Part shown: one piece after another, positions 37,974-49,170 of the stretch | Numbering within the stretch: position 1 is the first letter of the stretch | Layout: every line of letters begins with the position of its first letter | From: Octopus sinensis | Taxonomy: Eukaryota | NCBI RefSeq assembly: GCF_006345805.1 | Contig: NC_043000.1 | Location: forward strand, 150,288,001-150,352,000 | Length of the DNA: 64,000 nt | Direction of reading: 5' to 3' | Notes under the pieces: generated by a model | What the model saw: only the letters and a program-made list of their open reading frames with translations | Databases searched by the model: none | What the model was told of the DNA's origin: nothing | Program-made: the position numbers and the translations under genes

Positions 37974-38572
37974 CAGTGCTTTTCAACCAGGGTTCCGCAA
38001 GAAGTTACAAAACTGCTAAAATCGGCAGTAATTTTTAATTCTCCTGTGCAGATATTACCCTTTACTCTCTTTTACTTGTTTCAGTCATTTGACTGCGGCC
38101 ATGCTGGAGCACCGCCTTTAGTCGACCAAATCGACCCCGGGACTTATTCTTTGTAAGCCCAGTACTTATTCTATCGGTCCCTTTTTGCCGAACCGCTAAG
38201 TGACGGGGACGTAAACACACCAGCATCGGTTGTCAAGCAATGCTAGGGGGACAAACACAGACACACAAACATACACACACACACACTTATATATATATAC
38301 ATATATACGACAGGCTTCTTTCAGTTTCCGTCTACCAAATCCACTCACAAGGCATTGGTCGGCCCGGGGCTATAGCAGAAGACACTTGCCCAAGATGCCA
38401 CGCAGTGGGACTGAACCCGGAACCATGTGGTTGGTTAGCAAGCTACTTACCACACAGCCACTCCTGCGCCTATATGTGTGCATAAGACTATTAAATTATT
38501 GCACAGGGGTTCCTCAAGCCAGTGGAATGTTTCCTTGGTGTTCCGCTCCAGCAAAGCGTTTGAAAAGCACTG
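37974..38572 (-). mobile_element. hAT (Charlie-like) MITE interrupted by a SINE
   Basis: TIR CAGTGCTTTTCAA / TTGAAAAGCACTG; 8-bp TSD CTCTAATG. Confidence 0.9.
38059..38471 (-). mobile_element. SINE family A nested in the hAT MITE
   Basis: Splits the MITE at GATAT|GTGTG relative to the intact copy. Confidence 0.9.
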
Positions 38573-39206
38573 CTCTAATGAATTCTTAGTTACAATTCCT
38601 CGAGCGTGTGTGTGAGTGTGTGCGTGTGCGTGCGTGTGTGTGTGTGTGTGAGAGAGAGAGAGTTTGTATTTCATCATGACATCAACTTACAGTTGTAGAT
38701 GAGTGTCACTGGCATACAAGCAGTGTTATTTACTTCCAATATTCCACAATAATATGTCTTACCACGGAGAAATATTACCTTACTTGGAAACAGGGGAGGG
38801 TTGGCAACAGGAAGGACATCCAACAGCGGAAAATCTGCCTCAAATAAACTCCATCCTACCCATGTAAGAATGGAAAAAAGAACATTAAACGATGAAGAAA
38901 AATAAAAAAGGTTATGAGGGGTTATATGAAGTGCTTAAACCAAAATTCCACCTATATTTGAATGTATAAAAGGTTATTATTGCTGTTGTTGCTATCATGT
39001 TTTCAATGGTTTGTGTATCTAATCCAGGGATACACAACCTTTTTGTCTAAAGGGCCAAATCGTGAATTCAATTACTCAAGGCAGGTTACATAGTATATCA
39101 TATAATTTGGATGATCAAGAAACACAAAAACAGTTGTATAGAAAAGGTTAATAAAAACATGAAGGAAACTAATATTAGGAAATATAATAATAAAAGTTAA
39201 TAAATA

Positions 39207-39606
39207 GCCGCAGGAGTGGCTGTGTGGTAAGTAGCTTGCTAACCAACCACATGGTTCCGGGTTCAGTCCCACTGCGTGGCATCTTGGGCAAGTGTCTTCT
39301 GCTATAGCCCCGGGCCGACCAATGCCTTGTGAGTGGATTTGGTAGACGGAAACTGAAAGAAGCCTGTCGTATATATGTATATATATATATATGTGTGTGT
39401 TTGTGTGTCTGTGTGTTTGTCCCCCTAGCATTGTTTGACAACCGATGCTGGTGTGTTTACATCCCCGTCACTTAGCGGTTCGGCAAAAGAGACCGATAGA
39501 ATAAGTACTGGGCTTACAAAGAATAACTCCTGGGGTCGATTTGCTTGATTAAAGGCGGTGCTCCAGCATGGCCGCAGTCAAATGACTGAAACAAGTAAAA
39601 GAGTAA
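39207..39606 (+). mobile_element. SINE family A
   Basis: Full copy. Confidence 0.9.
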
Positions 39607-39676
39607 AATAAATACTATTCTGTGTGTTTTCAGTGAGTGATTGTGGTACAAGCAGTTCATTATGCTAATTTTCAGT

Positions 39677-40058
39677 CTCTTTTATTCTTTTACTTGCTTG
39701 AGTCATTTGACTGCGGCCATGCTGGAACACCGCCTTTAATCGAGCAACTCAACCCTGGGACTTATTCTTTATAAGCCCAGTACTTATTCTATCGGTCTCT
39801 TTTGCCAAACCGCTAAGTAACGGGGACGTAAACACACCAGCATCGGTTGTCAAGCAATGCTAGGGGGACAAACACAGACTCACAAACATATATACGATGG
39901 GCTTCTTTCAGTTTCCGTCTACCAAATCCACTCACAAGGCTTTGGTTGGCCCGAGCTTACAGTAGAAGACACTTGCCCAAGGTGCCACGCAGTGGGAGTG
40001 AACCTGGAACCATGTGGTTGGTAAACAAGCTACTTACCACACAGCCACTCCTGCGCCT
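39677..40058 (-). mobile_element. SINE family A
   Basis: Full copy. Confidence 0.9.
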
Positions 40059-40410
40059 ATAAAGTCATTTATTAAAATAAAGAAAATCTTTGCAAAATGT
40101 TTTTCAGGCCAAACAAAATACCTTTGCAAGCTGCAGACCACAGGTTGTGCATCACTGATCGAATCCATCACCAGGTGCAACTCCAAGTTCCTGAGGTGTG
40201 TTCACCATTGTCTTTTTGGATTGTAGAATTGCATAGGCAAACTGCATCAGTTTGCTTCTTTTTTTTATGGGGTTTGGCTCATTGTTTCTTGTGCTTTCCT
40301 TGTATCTCCTGGTGTGGAAAATATGTGCAATATGGGTTGTGTTATTTTGTTGGGTAGTGATTATGTTTTGTATATGTTGTATGATTGGCATAATATGTTT
40401 CAGTGTAGGA

Positions 40411-40611
40411 CAGTGCTTTTCAAACATTTTGCTGGAGCGGAACCCCAAGGAAACATTCCACTGGCTCGAGGAACCCCTGTGCAATAATTTAATAGTCTTA
40501 TGCACACATATCTGCACAGGAGAATTAAAAATTACTGCCGATTTTAGCAGTTTTGTAACTTCTTGCGGAACCCCTGGACTGTACTGGCGGAACCCTGGTT
40601 GAAAACCACTG
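40411..40611 (+). mobile_element. Intact hAT MITE (201 bp)
   Basis: TIR CAGTGCTTTTCAA / TTGAAAACCACTG; 8-bp TSD GTGTAGGA. Confidence 0.92.
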
Positions 40612-41409
40612 GTGTAGGACAATGATTGTGAAGAGTTTGTTGCATGTGGTTTGTGTAGAATGAATGAGTTGCAGTTGTGAAGAATGAGAATAGCTCAAGA
40701 TGTTGCACTACAATCCTACATAAGTTTTTTTTTTTATGTAGGAGTGCATGTTGTGTCATGTTACTGGGTAGTTACTGTATAGAGTACACGGTTTGAGCTG
40801 AAAGTGTCTTCACCAGGACATGGGACATACCTAGCATGGCTGTCTTTTAAAGGCAAAAGACAACTATGGACATTTTCCAACCCATTAAACCTCATAATTA
40901 TAGTCTAACCAAGTCTACTTGCTCAGTTCACATAGATTTTTTTTATATAGAGAAAGAGTCATGAATGCCTTTTTGCCAGTTTAATTTGCATAATAAAAAA
41001 TAAAACAAGCAATGAGAAGTGACTAACACTGGCCAATAACATGAATTAGGGCTTGGGTGTTTGGTAGAGAACCTTGTTTCCTGACAACTTGGTTCCAGGT
41101 TCAATCCTACTACTTGTCACCTTGGGAAAGTGTCTTCTATTATAAGATCCAGGTCAAGCAAAACCTTGTGAGTGGATTTGGTTGACAATAACTAAAAGAA
41201 GCCCTACATTGTTAGGAATAAGAGCTGAAATACTCTAATGCTGTAGTCAAAGCACAAAATTGTAAACATATATACTGGTAGGGACTATAAACACCTGAAA
41301 ATACCAATCAAGAATACCTTTTTGGTAAACATTGCACACCACTATCTATATTAATCTTATGTATGCACATTAGTGATTCACTAAATCATCCATGAATTCT
41401 TACAGTGAA

Positions 41410-41756
41410 AACATAAATCGGAGACCCCCTTCGGTCACGACACAGACCATGGGATTGCACCTAGAAAGTTGCCCTCCTAGACACAAGTCCGGGCGAGGTT
41501 GTTTATGGAAGACCAGCAGTCGCCCATGCATACCAGCCTCCCCTCTCCACATCACCGATGTTGTCCAAGGGAAAGGCAAGGGCCGATACAGCTTGGCACC
41601 TGTGACACTGCAACTCATTTCTACAGCTGAGTGAACTGGAGCAACGTGAAATAAAGTGCCTTGCTCAAGAACACAACACACAGCCCGGTTTGGGATTCGA
41701 GCTCACAACCTCACGATCGTAAGCTCGACGCTCTAACCACTGAGCCATGCGCCTTC
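41410..41756 (-). mobile_element. SINE family D (CORE-like)
   Basis: Head GGCGCATGGCTCAGTGGTTAGAGCG; GTGTTCTTGAGCAAGGCACTTTATTTCACGTTGCTCCAG. Confidence 0.8.
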
Positions 41757-42055
41757 TAAACATATATACTGATAGAGAATTCAGTCTGGAATCTGTTGAA
41801 CCAGTCCTTACTGATGAGGCAACAGAATTTGCTGAAACTGATGTCAGTATAAAGAATTCTTGATTGCTGTTTTCAGGCATTTATAGTTCCTACTAGTATA
41901 TATGTCTACAATTATGTGCTTTGACTACAGCATTAGAGCATTTTAACTCTTATTTCTAGCAATGTAAGTGTTTCTAGTCATATTTAATGATAATTATGGT
42001 TTTCCTTTTTGTTAAACATTGCATACCACTGTCTATATTAATTTTACATATATCA

Positions 42056-42424
42056 CCATCATTATCATCGTCGTTTAACGTCCGCTTTCTATGCTGGCAT
42101 GGGTTGGACGGTTTGACTGAAGGCTGCACCAGGCTCCAATCTTATCTGGCAAAGTTTCTATAGCTGCATGTCCTTCCCAACGCCAACCACTCCAAGGTAT
42201 AGTGGGTGCTTTTTACATGCCCCCAACATGAGGGTCAGTCAGGTGGTACTGGCATCGACCACGCTTGAATAGTGCTTTTTACGTGCCACCAGCATGGAAG
42301 CCAGTCAGATGGCACTGGTAATGACCATGCTCAAATGGTGCTTTTTACATGCCACCGGCATGAGACCAATCAGGCAGCACTGATATTGACCACGCTCGAA
42401 TGGTGCGTTTTACATGCCACAGGC
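42056..42424 (-). mobile_element. Family E element with several 5' monomers
   Basis: (CAT)n tail plus repeated GGTGCTTTTTAC(A/G)TGCCAC units. Confidence 0.75.
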
Positions 42425-42574
42425 CACTTTTTTCTTTGAATATGCACTGCTGAAATTCTGGTGTATCTAATATATTCATATGGTTTTTATGCCATCAAAT
42501 ATGGGCAGAATTCTGGTTTATTTGCTTTTTGATAAACCTGCTGGCCATCTGTGACTGAAAAATCACCATTGACA

Positions 42575-43200
42575 ATGACTTTATTTGACTCAACAGGTCT
42601 TTGCAAGCACAGTTTATTGCCCAATGATTGAAGGGTACTCTTAAATGAGCCGATTATGCTGCACTGGCATAGGCCACAGTTACAGTCTCACTTGACTTGC
42701 TGGGTCTTCTCAAGCACAGCATGTCTTCAAAGGTCTCAGTCACTAGTCATTGCCTCAGTGAGGCCCAACGTTCGAAGGTCATGCTTCACCACCTTATCCC
42801 ATATCTTCCTGGGTCTACCTCTTCCACAGGTTCCCTCTACTGTTAGGGTGTGACGCTTTTTCACACAGCTGTCCTCATCCATACGCAACACATGACCATA
42901 CCAGCACAGTTGTCTCTCTTGCAAACCACATCTGATGCTTCTTAAGTTCAACTTTTCTCTCGGGGCGTTTACATTGTCATGTATGCACACTGACATTACA
43001 CATCCAGCAGAGCATACTAGCTTCATTCCTTGCAAGCTTATGAATGTCCTCAGCAGTCATGGCCCATGTTTCACTGCCATATAGCATGGCTGTTTGCACA
43101 CATGCATCATACAGTCTATCTTTTTACTCTGAGCGAGAGGCTCTTTGTCATCAGCAGAGGTGGGAGCTCTCTGAACTTTGCCCAGGTTATTCTTATTCTA
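42575..43200 (-). mobile_element. RTE LINE 3' part
   Basis: LCWYGHVLRMDEDSCVKK...VEGTCGRGRPRKIWDKVVKHDLRTLGL. Confidence 0.85.
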
Positions 43201-43244
43201 GCAGCTACACTCTCAGAGTGTATATGGATTTGTGTGTGCATGTA

Positions 43245-43453
43245 GAGCTGAAAAAGAGGTAATTTCTACTCTTCTCCTCTGGAAGCCATCTACTCGCAAT
43301 ACCAGAAGGCGCACACTCTCCTACCCGGATGTAATCTCCAGGGATACAGGCATCCAGCAACAGGACCTCCGTAATGCCATGATGGACCGTGAAGTCTGGC
43401 GTAGCATGGTAAATTCCATTGTCTCGACCACAGTCGAACAATGATGATGATGA
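43245..43453 (+). mobile_element. 5'-truncated RTE-type LINE 3' end, young
   Basis: LLLWKP...LSYPDVISRDTG...DREVWRSMV; (TGA)n tail; 10-bp TSD TGTGCATGTA. Confidence 0.75.
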
Positions 43454-43956
43454 TGTGCATGTATATTTGACTGTGTGACCTGGTGTCATCGCATGAGTGT
43501 TGTAAACAAATGTCACCGTCATGCAATCAGTGTTCTTCATGTCCAATGCTCCATGAAAACATGTCCAGCCTTAAGGAAATATTTCTTGGAAACAGGCAAG
43601 AGTTGGTGTCAGGAAAGACATCTGGCTGAAGAAATATCTGCCTCCATGAACTCTGTTCAACCCATGTGAGCAAGAAAAAGTGGACTCGAAAATGATGATG
43701 AAATCTGGTCCACTGAATTTAGATGAAGAGAAAAAACACAACAACACATGTCCAAAGTTGTACCTTTCCTCCCTTAATCTATGTGTATGTTCAGTTTTAG
43801 GTTCATTTTACAATGAGTTATATACATAACCTGTTGAGCTAAGTTTTCTATAGCTAGATGTTGTTCTCATTTGCCAACCCCTACATTTTTCCCCAAGTAA
43901 GATATTTTTTGCTCAGTCTTAATGACATTCACAAACACACACATGTACACATCTAT

Positions 43957-44348
43957 ACTCTCTTTTACTCGTTTCAGTCATATGACTATGGCCATGCTGG
44001 AGCACTGCCTTTAATTGAGTAAATCGACCCCAGGAGTCATTCTTTGTAAGCCCAGTACTTATTCTATCAGCTTCTTTTGCCGAACCGCTAAGTTACGGGG
44101 ACGTAAACACACCAGCATCGGTTGTCAAATGATGTTGGGGGGACAAACAGACATACAAGTACACACATATAATATACATATATACGATGGACTTCTTTCA
44201 GTTTCCGTCTACCAAATCCACTCACAAGGCATTGGTCGGCCCGAGGCTATAGCAGAAGACACTTGCCCAAGATGCCACGCAGTGGGACTGAACCTGGAAC
44301 CATGTGGTTGGTAAGCAAGTTACTTACCACGCAGCCACTCCTGCACCT
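43957..44348 (-). mobile_element. SINE family A
   Basis: Full copy. Confidence 0.9.
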
Positions 44349-45045
44349 ATATCTATATAATGTTGCAAACGCATACACATATAAGATATATAGAATAACA
44401 GTCGCAGTATTTGGCATTCTAATAATACATCCATGTTGACTTGGATACAAAGATTGCCATTTGATATTATTACTGCTTCTGTCACTAATAGTGAAGGAGC
44501 TGGAGATAACTTCTTTTAATGGCATATAAAATGCATTTTTTTCAAAAAGAATGTCTCAAAGATCACACCAAGTCCTGTATGTGAAGTTGAGCCTTCCACA
44601 ACCTTTAAAGCACCCACCCCCCTCTTTTTTTTTTCTTTGAATATGCACTGCTGAAATTCTGGTGTGTCTAATATATTCATGTGGTTTTTATGCCATCAAA
44701 TATGGGCAGAATTCTGGTTTATTTGTTTTTTGATAAACCTGCTGGCCATCTGTGACAGAAAAATCACCATTATTCTATATATTGTTGGCATTGAAATTTG
44801 GTTTGTATGTGACAACTAGAAGTCTGCCACTGACGAAGCTGAGTATGCTGAAATCACATGATCTGGTACTTCCAGTGCCCATACCAGACAGCTCTCATCT
44901 ATTATGATATACATGTATACTCGTAGCACCTCCCAAGGTGAATACCACAGTATTGAGCATTCTAATAATAAATCCACATCAAACAGGATATAAAGATTGC
45001 CATTCACTATTAATAATGCTTCCATTACTAATATATATATATATA

Positions 45046-45452
45046 GGCGCAGGAGTGGCTGTGTGGTAAGTAGCTTGCTAACCAACCACATGGTTCCGGG
45101 TTCAGTCCCACTGCGTGGCACCTTGGACAAGTGTCTTCTGCTATAGCCCCGGGCCGACCAATGCCTTGTGAGTGGATTTGGTAGACGGAAACTGAAAGAA
45201 GCCTGTCGTGTATATGTATATAAGTGTGTGTGTGTGTATATGTTTGTGTGTCTGTGTTTGTCCCCCTAGCATTGCTTGACAACCGATGCTGGTGTGTTTA
45301 CGTCCCCGTCACTTAGCGGGTCGGCAAAAAAGACCGATAGAATAAGTACTGGGCTTACAAAGAATAAGTCCCGGGGTCGATTTACTCGACTAAAGGCGGT
45401 GCTCCAGCATGGCCGCAGTCAAATGACTGAAACAAGTAAAAGAGTAAAAAGA
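45046..45452 (+). mobile_element. SINE family A
   Basis: Full copy. Confidence 0.9.
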
Positions 45453-45756
45453 GCAAAATTTTTATTGTAAAACCGTCTTCAATTGGCAGATTTACATTAT
45501 ACACTCAACATTAAAAGCAATTTTTAAATGTCTGGACTGATGATCACAAGGACAAAAGTTCTCAAATTAGTATTACCATTATTGTGCATTGTTCTAGTTT
45601 TCCTGATGAAACTCATGTTCTACCCTTCTTTCACAATTGAGTGCCAGGCAAAGTATTGTAGCAATATTGTTTTCTTCATTGCTATCTTCACTGTTTGAGA
45701 AAAATATTTCGTTAGGAATGCAACTTACCTACGTCGCCAACCTCCACATACGGTCG

Positions 45757-45904
45757 TATTTCCTACACTGGTGACCCTGACGTGATCAAACACGCAGCCA
45801 TTATTATTTCCTACACTGGTGACCCGCCGTTTTCAAACACACAGCCATTATTATTTCCTACACTGGTGACCCGCCGTTTTCAAACACGCAGCCATTATTA
45901 TTTC
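45757..45904. repeat. Minisatellite, 3 x 47-48 bp
   Basis: TATTTCCTACACTGGTGACCC-(GCCGTTTT or TGACGTGAT)-CAAACAC(G/A)CAGCCATTAT. Confidence 0.95.
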
Positions 45905-46360
45905 TCAGGGGCCTTATGTTCACTCGAACATTCCACATAGGTGACTTAGTGCCAGTTAAATTGACCAACCGTTCGAATATCATCTTTGCTTCAATTTTAT
46001 CGTCGTTTTGTCTATGACAAAACGTCTGGCAAGAGGCTATCTGTAGCAATAGTTTTCTTCATTGCTATCTTCACTGTTTGAGAAAAATATTTCGTTAGGA
46101 ATGCAACCGTGTGACTTACCTATGTCGCCAACCTCCACATACGGTCGTATTTCCTACAGTATCAAGCTGTAAAAGCAACTGCTTCCACAAAAAACCTATC
46201 TTACCTGTGCAATCATAAGAAAATAAATAAGTTTAAAAACAGTATAGAAAAATTTAATTCTTTTTCATCACTACATACCACTGATAATGCGGTAGGTTTG
46301 AAATCCTAGGTTGTAAGAAAATATATTGAAATTATCTTAATTTTGGGTAATTAAACTTAA

Positions 46361-46564
46361 CTCCTTAGATTCAGATTACTCTGTCAAATGTAACTTACTT
46401 ATTCACATTTTGATGTGATCATACATTATCTTGTAGCTTTGACATTTTGATGAAGTGATTGTTTATTTTCAGTATGACATTGTTGGGTAGGTGTGAGAGG
46501 TCAGATGTAGCCAATTTGATCATAAAACAAGTAGAATATTTGGGATGGTTTAAATGCTAAACGG
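46361..46564 (+). mobile_element. piggyBac-type MITE (family of 60834-61052), diverged
   Basis: TTAA flanks; GGGTAGGTGTGAG...CATAAAACA shared. Confidence 0.6.
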
Positions 46565-47184
46565 TTAAAGAGCAGGCTCAGAATCAGCCAGTTCTATTTG
46601 GTAATAGCTTAATTTTGAAGTTTTTATGATCTATGAAAATAATGGAAATATATTCTAACAAATTATTTGGTGACAAACAAGCATAAACATGTGACCTTAT
46701 TAATTTGTCCTAAAACGCCTAAGTTTATTTTGCTTTCATTTTCTAAATAAATACTTGGTGACCAGTTTGCTTTCTAAAGTCTGGGTTGCTGATTAGCATA
46801 TGCACGAAGCTTCATTATATCCAAGCTGAAAGTGCCTTTGTCTACTTTAGTACAAGTTAGATTTGCTAAGAACTGTAATAATGTTTTCTAACATAAATCA
46901 AATATCAAGTGAAGGTAAGACTGTGTTAAGCTGATTATAGCAAATAATGACCTTGAAAAAAATGAAAGCACATCAACTAGAAACAAAAACTCTATCAAGA
47001 ACTTAGTTTGCAAAGAATTATCTCTTATACAGAGAAATGAATCCAACATTTTGAGTAGTGGTAAAAATGGGCCAAGAGCATTTGTAATGGGAATGGTAAA
47101 GAATAGCTCTAACAGAGAAATAAAACTGGTCCTCATATGATTGTCTTCTAGTTTATAGGATATGCTTTTAAATTTTAGCACAAG

Positions 47185-47356
47185 GGATAAGTCGATTACA
47201 TCGACCCCAGTGTTCAACTGGTACTTGTTTTATCGACCCCAAAAGGATGAAAGGCACAGTCAGCCATGACAGAATTTGAACTCGGAACATAGACACAAAT
47301 GAGATGCCACTAATTGTTTTACCTAGCATGCTACCAGTTCTGCCAGCTCACTGCCT
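47185..47356 (-). mobile_element. SINE family B
   Basis: TTTATCGACCCC..AAGGATGAAAGGC...GCCAGCTCACTGCC. Confidence 0.8.
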
Positions 47357-47457
47357 TGTTTACCTTTAATAATGACTGCTTACATTAACCCAATGCTTCA
47401 AAATCCCACATGAAAGGTATAGTTGACTGAGCAGATCACACCCAGATTATAAATATT

Positions 47458-47762
47458 TGAAGGGCACGCAAAAGCACCATCCGTTCGTGGCCGTTGCCAG
47501 CCTCACCTGGCCCCCGTGCCGGTGGCACGTAAAAAGCACCATCCGTCCGTGGCCGTTTGCCAGCTCCGTCTGGCACCTGTGTGGGTGGCACGTAAAAAGC
47601 ACCCACTACACTCACAGAGTGGTTGGCATTAGGAAGGGCATAGAAACATTGCCAGATCAGACTGGGCTTGGTGCAGCCTTCTGGCTTCCCAGACCCCAGT
47701 TGAACCGTCCAACCCATGCCAGCATGGAAAGCGGATGCTAAACGATGATGATGATGATGATG
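47458..47762 (+). mobile_element. Family E element
   Basis: GTGGCACGTAAAAAGCACC monomers plus (GAT)n tail. Confidence 0.85.
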
Positions 47763-47965
47763 AAGCTGAGTCTAGAGGAATGGAAAATATTGATAAACTC
47801 TGAAGATAAATGGAATGAAAAATACAGAAAACTGCTTTACAGTTTTTGCCAAATCATATGGTAAAAGTGATAAAGTTTATAAAGGAAGCTTGAAATGATT
47901 GAATACCAGTACAGAAAAATAAAAATGAACAAAAAGAAAAAAAAAACCTTTACAGTACTTTTTTT

Positions 47966-47971
47966 TTTATT
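47966..47971 (-). terminator. Candidate distal MEF2 polyadenylation signal
   Basis: AATAAA on the minus strand followed ~20 nt later by a long U-rich tract; sits at the boundary between repeat-poor and repeat-rich DNA. Confidence 0.35.
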
Positions 47972-48917
47972 CACAAAAAAAAAAAAAAAAAATTATATAT
48001 ACATATATCAGTTCCATTCTTCACTTGCATCCAAATGGAAAGACAAAAACAATTTAAAATTGAATACCCTTTTTTTTTATTTCGTACTTTTCATTGTATT
48101 TTTTTAATATTTTGTTTTTTAGAAAAGAAATTAAATAAACCATGATTAAAATAACTTTCCACGCAAATCAGGTGTACATAATGATCAGAGCTTTCAAAAG
48201 TCAGTGTTTAGATGGACCGAGTCTTGTTGATAAATCAACTTAAATAATAACAAATGTTTAAAAAAAAAGTAGTATGGGGAAGTGGGGAAATCAACAAAGA
48301 AAAGCAAACTTTTTTCGTACTAGGGGTATCTAGAGTTGATTGAAACAAATCACAACTAAGCAGATATTTTTTTTTTCTACATCAGGACACACAGTTAGTT
48401 TCAACCATTCAAGCACACAAAGTGTTTAGACAAATATATGTTAATTATATTTGAAAGACTATAAGAGTAGCTATTTTCCTCTTTTTTTTCATTTTAAATA
48501 ATTTCGATAGCTGCTATTTCCTGTCATGCAATAAAAAAAATATAAGTGTTTTGGGCCGTTTAATACAATGTAAAATCAGAAGTTGTATATACACTCAAAT
48601 ACACATACATACACACATACTCGTGTATGTGTGTGTATGTATGTATGTGTGCAATTACACAAACACACAATATACATATATATATATATGTCTTTATACA
48701 TACAAACACATAAGTAAACTTACTTAAAAATATGTAAATATATAATTAAATTTAAGTTTCTTTCAGAGAAGAGAAATGCTGTTACATGCTAAAACTGAAA
48801 GAAAATCTATCCATTATATAATTGAAATTCAGAAATTTGTGATAGTAAAAATTTCTAGATTATTGCTTAAATAGTTCATGTTTTGATCAATAATAAATCC
48901 ATATAGTTTGTGTGTGT

Positions 48918-49170
48918 GAAGGCATGTGGCCTAATGGGTAGAGTATTGCACTTGTGAATGCAAGATCATGGTCTGAATACCCAGACTGGCAGTGCACTGT
49001 GCTCTTGAGCAAAACACTTCATTTTACATTGCTGCAGTCCGCTCAGCTGTAAATGGGTACCCTGCACCATTCAAGAGGTATGTTGGCCTGTCTTTCCTAG
49101 CCAGCAGGGTGGCATCATTTGAAAGCTCCAACAATGCAAGGAAATGTATTGTGGCCAGTGGTGTATAACA
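48918..49170 (+). mobile_element. Degenerate SINE family D
   Basis: GTGCTCTTGAGCAAAACACTTC..TTGCTGCAGTCCGCTCAGCTGTAAATGGG. Confidence 0.65.

Noticed and set aside
45757-45904. CRISPR-like repeat-spacer appearance
   Set aside because: The spacers are near-identical, there are only three units, there are no cas genes and the context is eukaryotic. It is a minisatellite.
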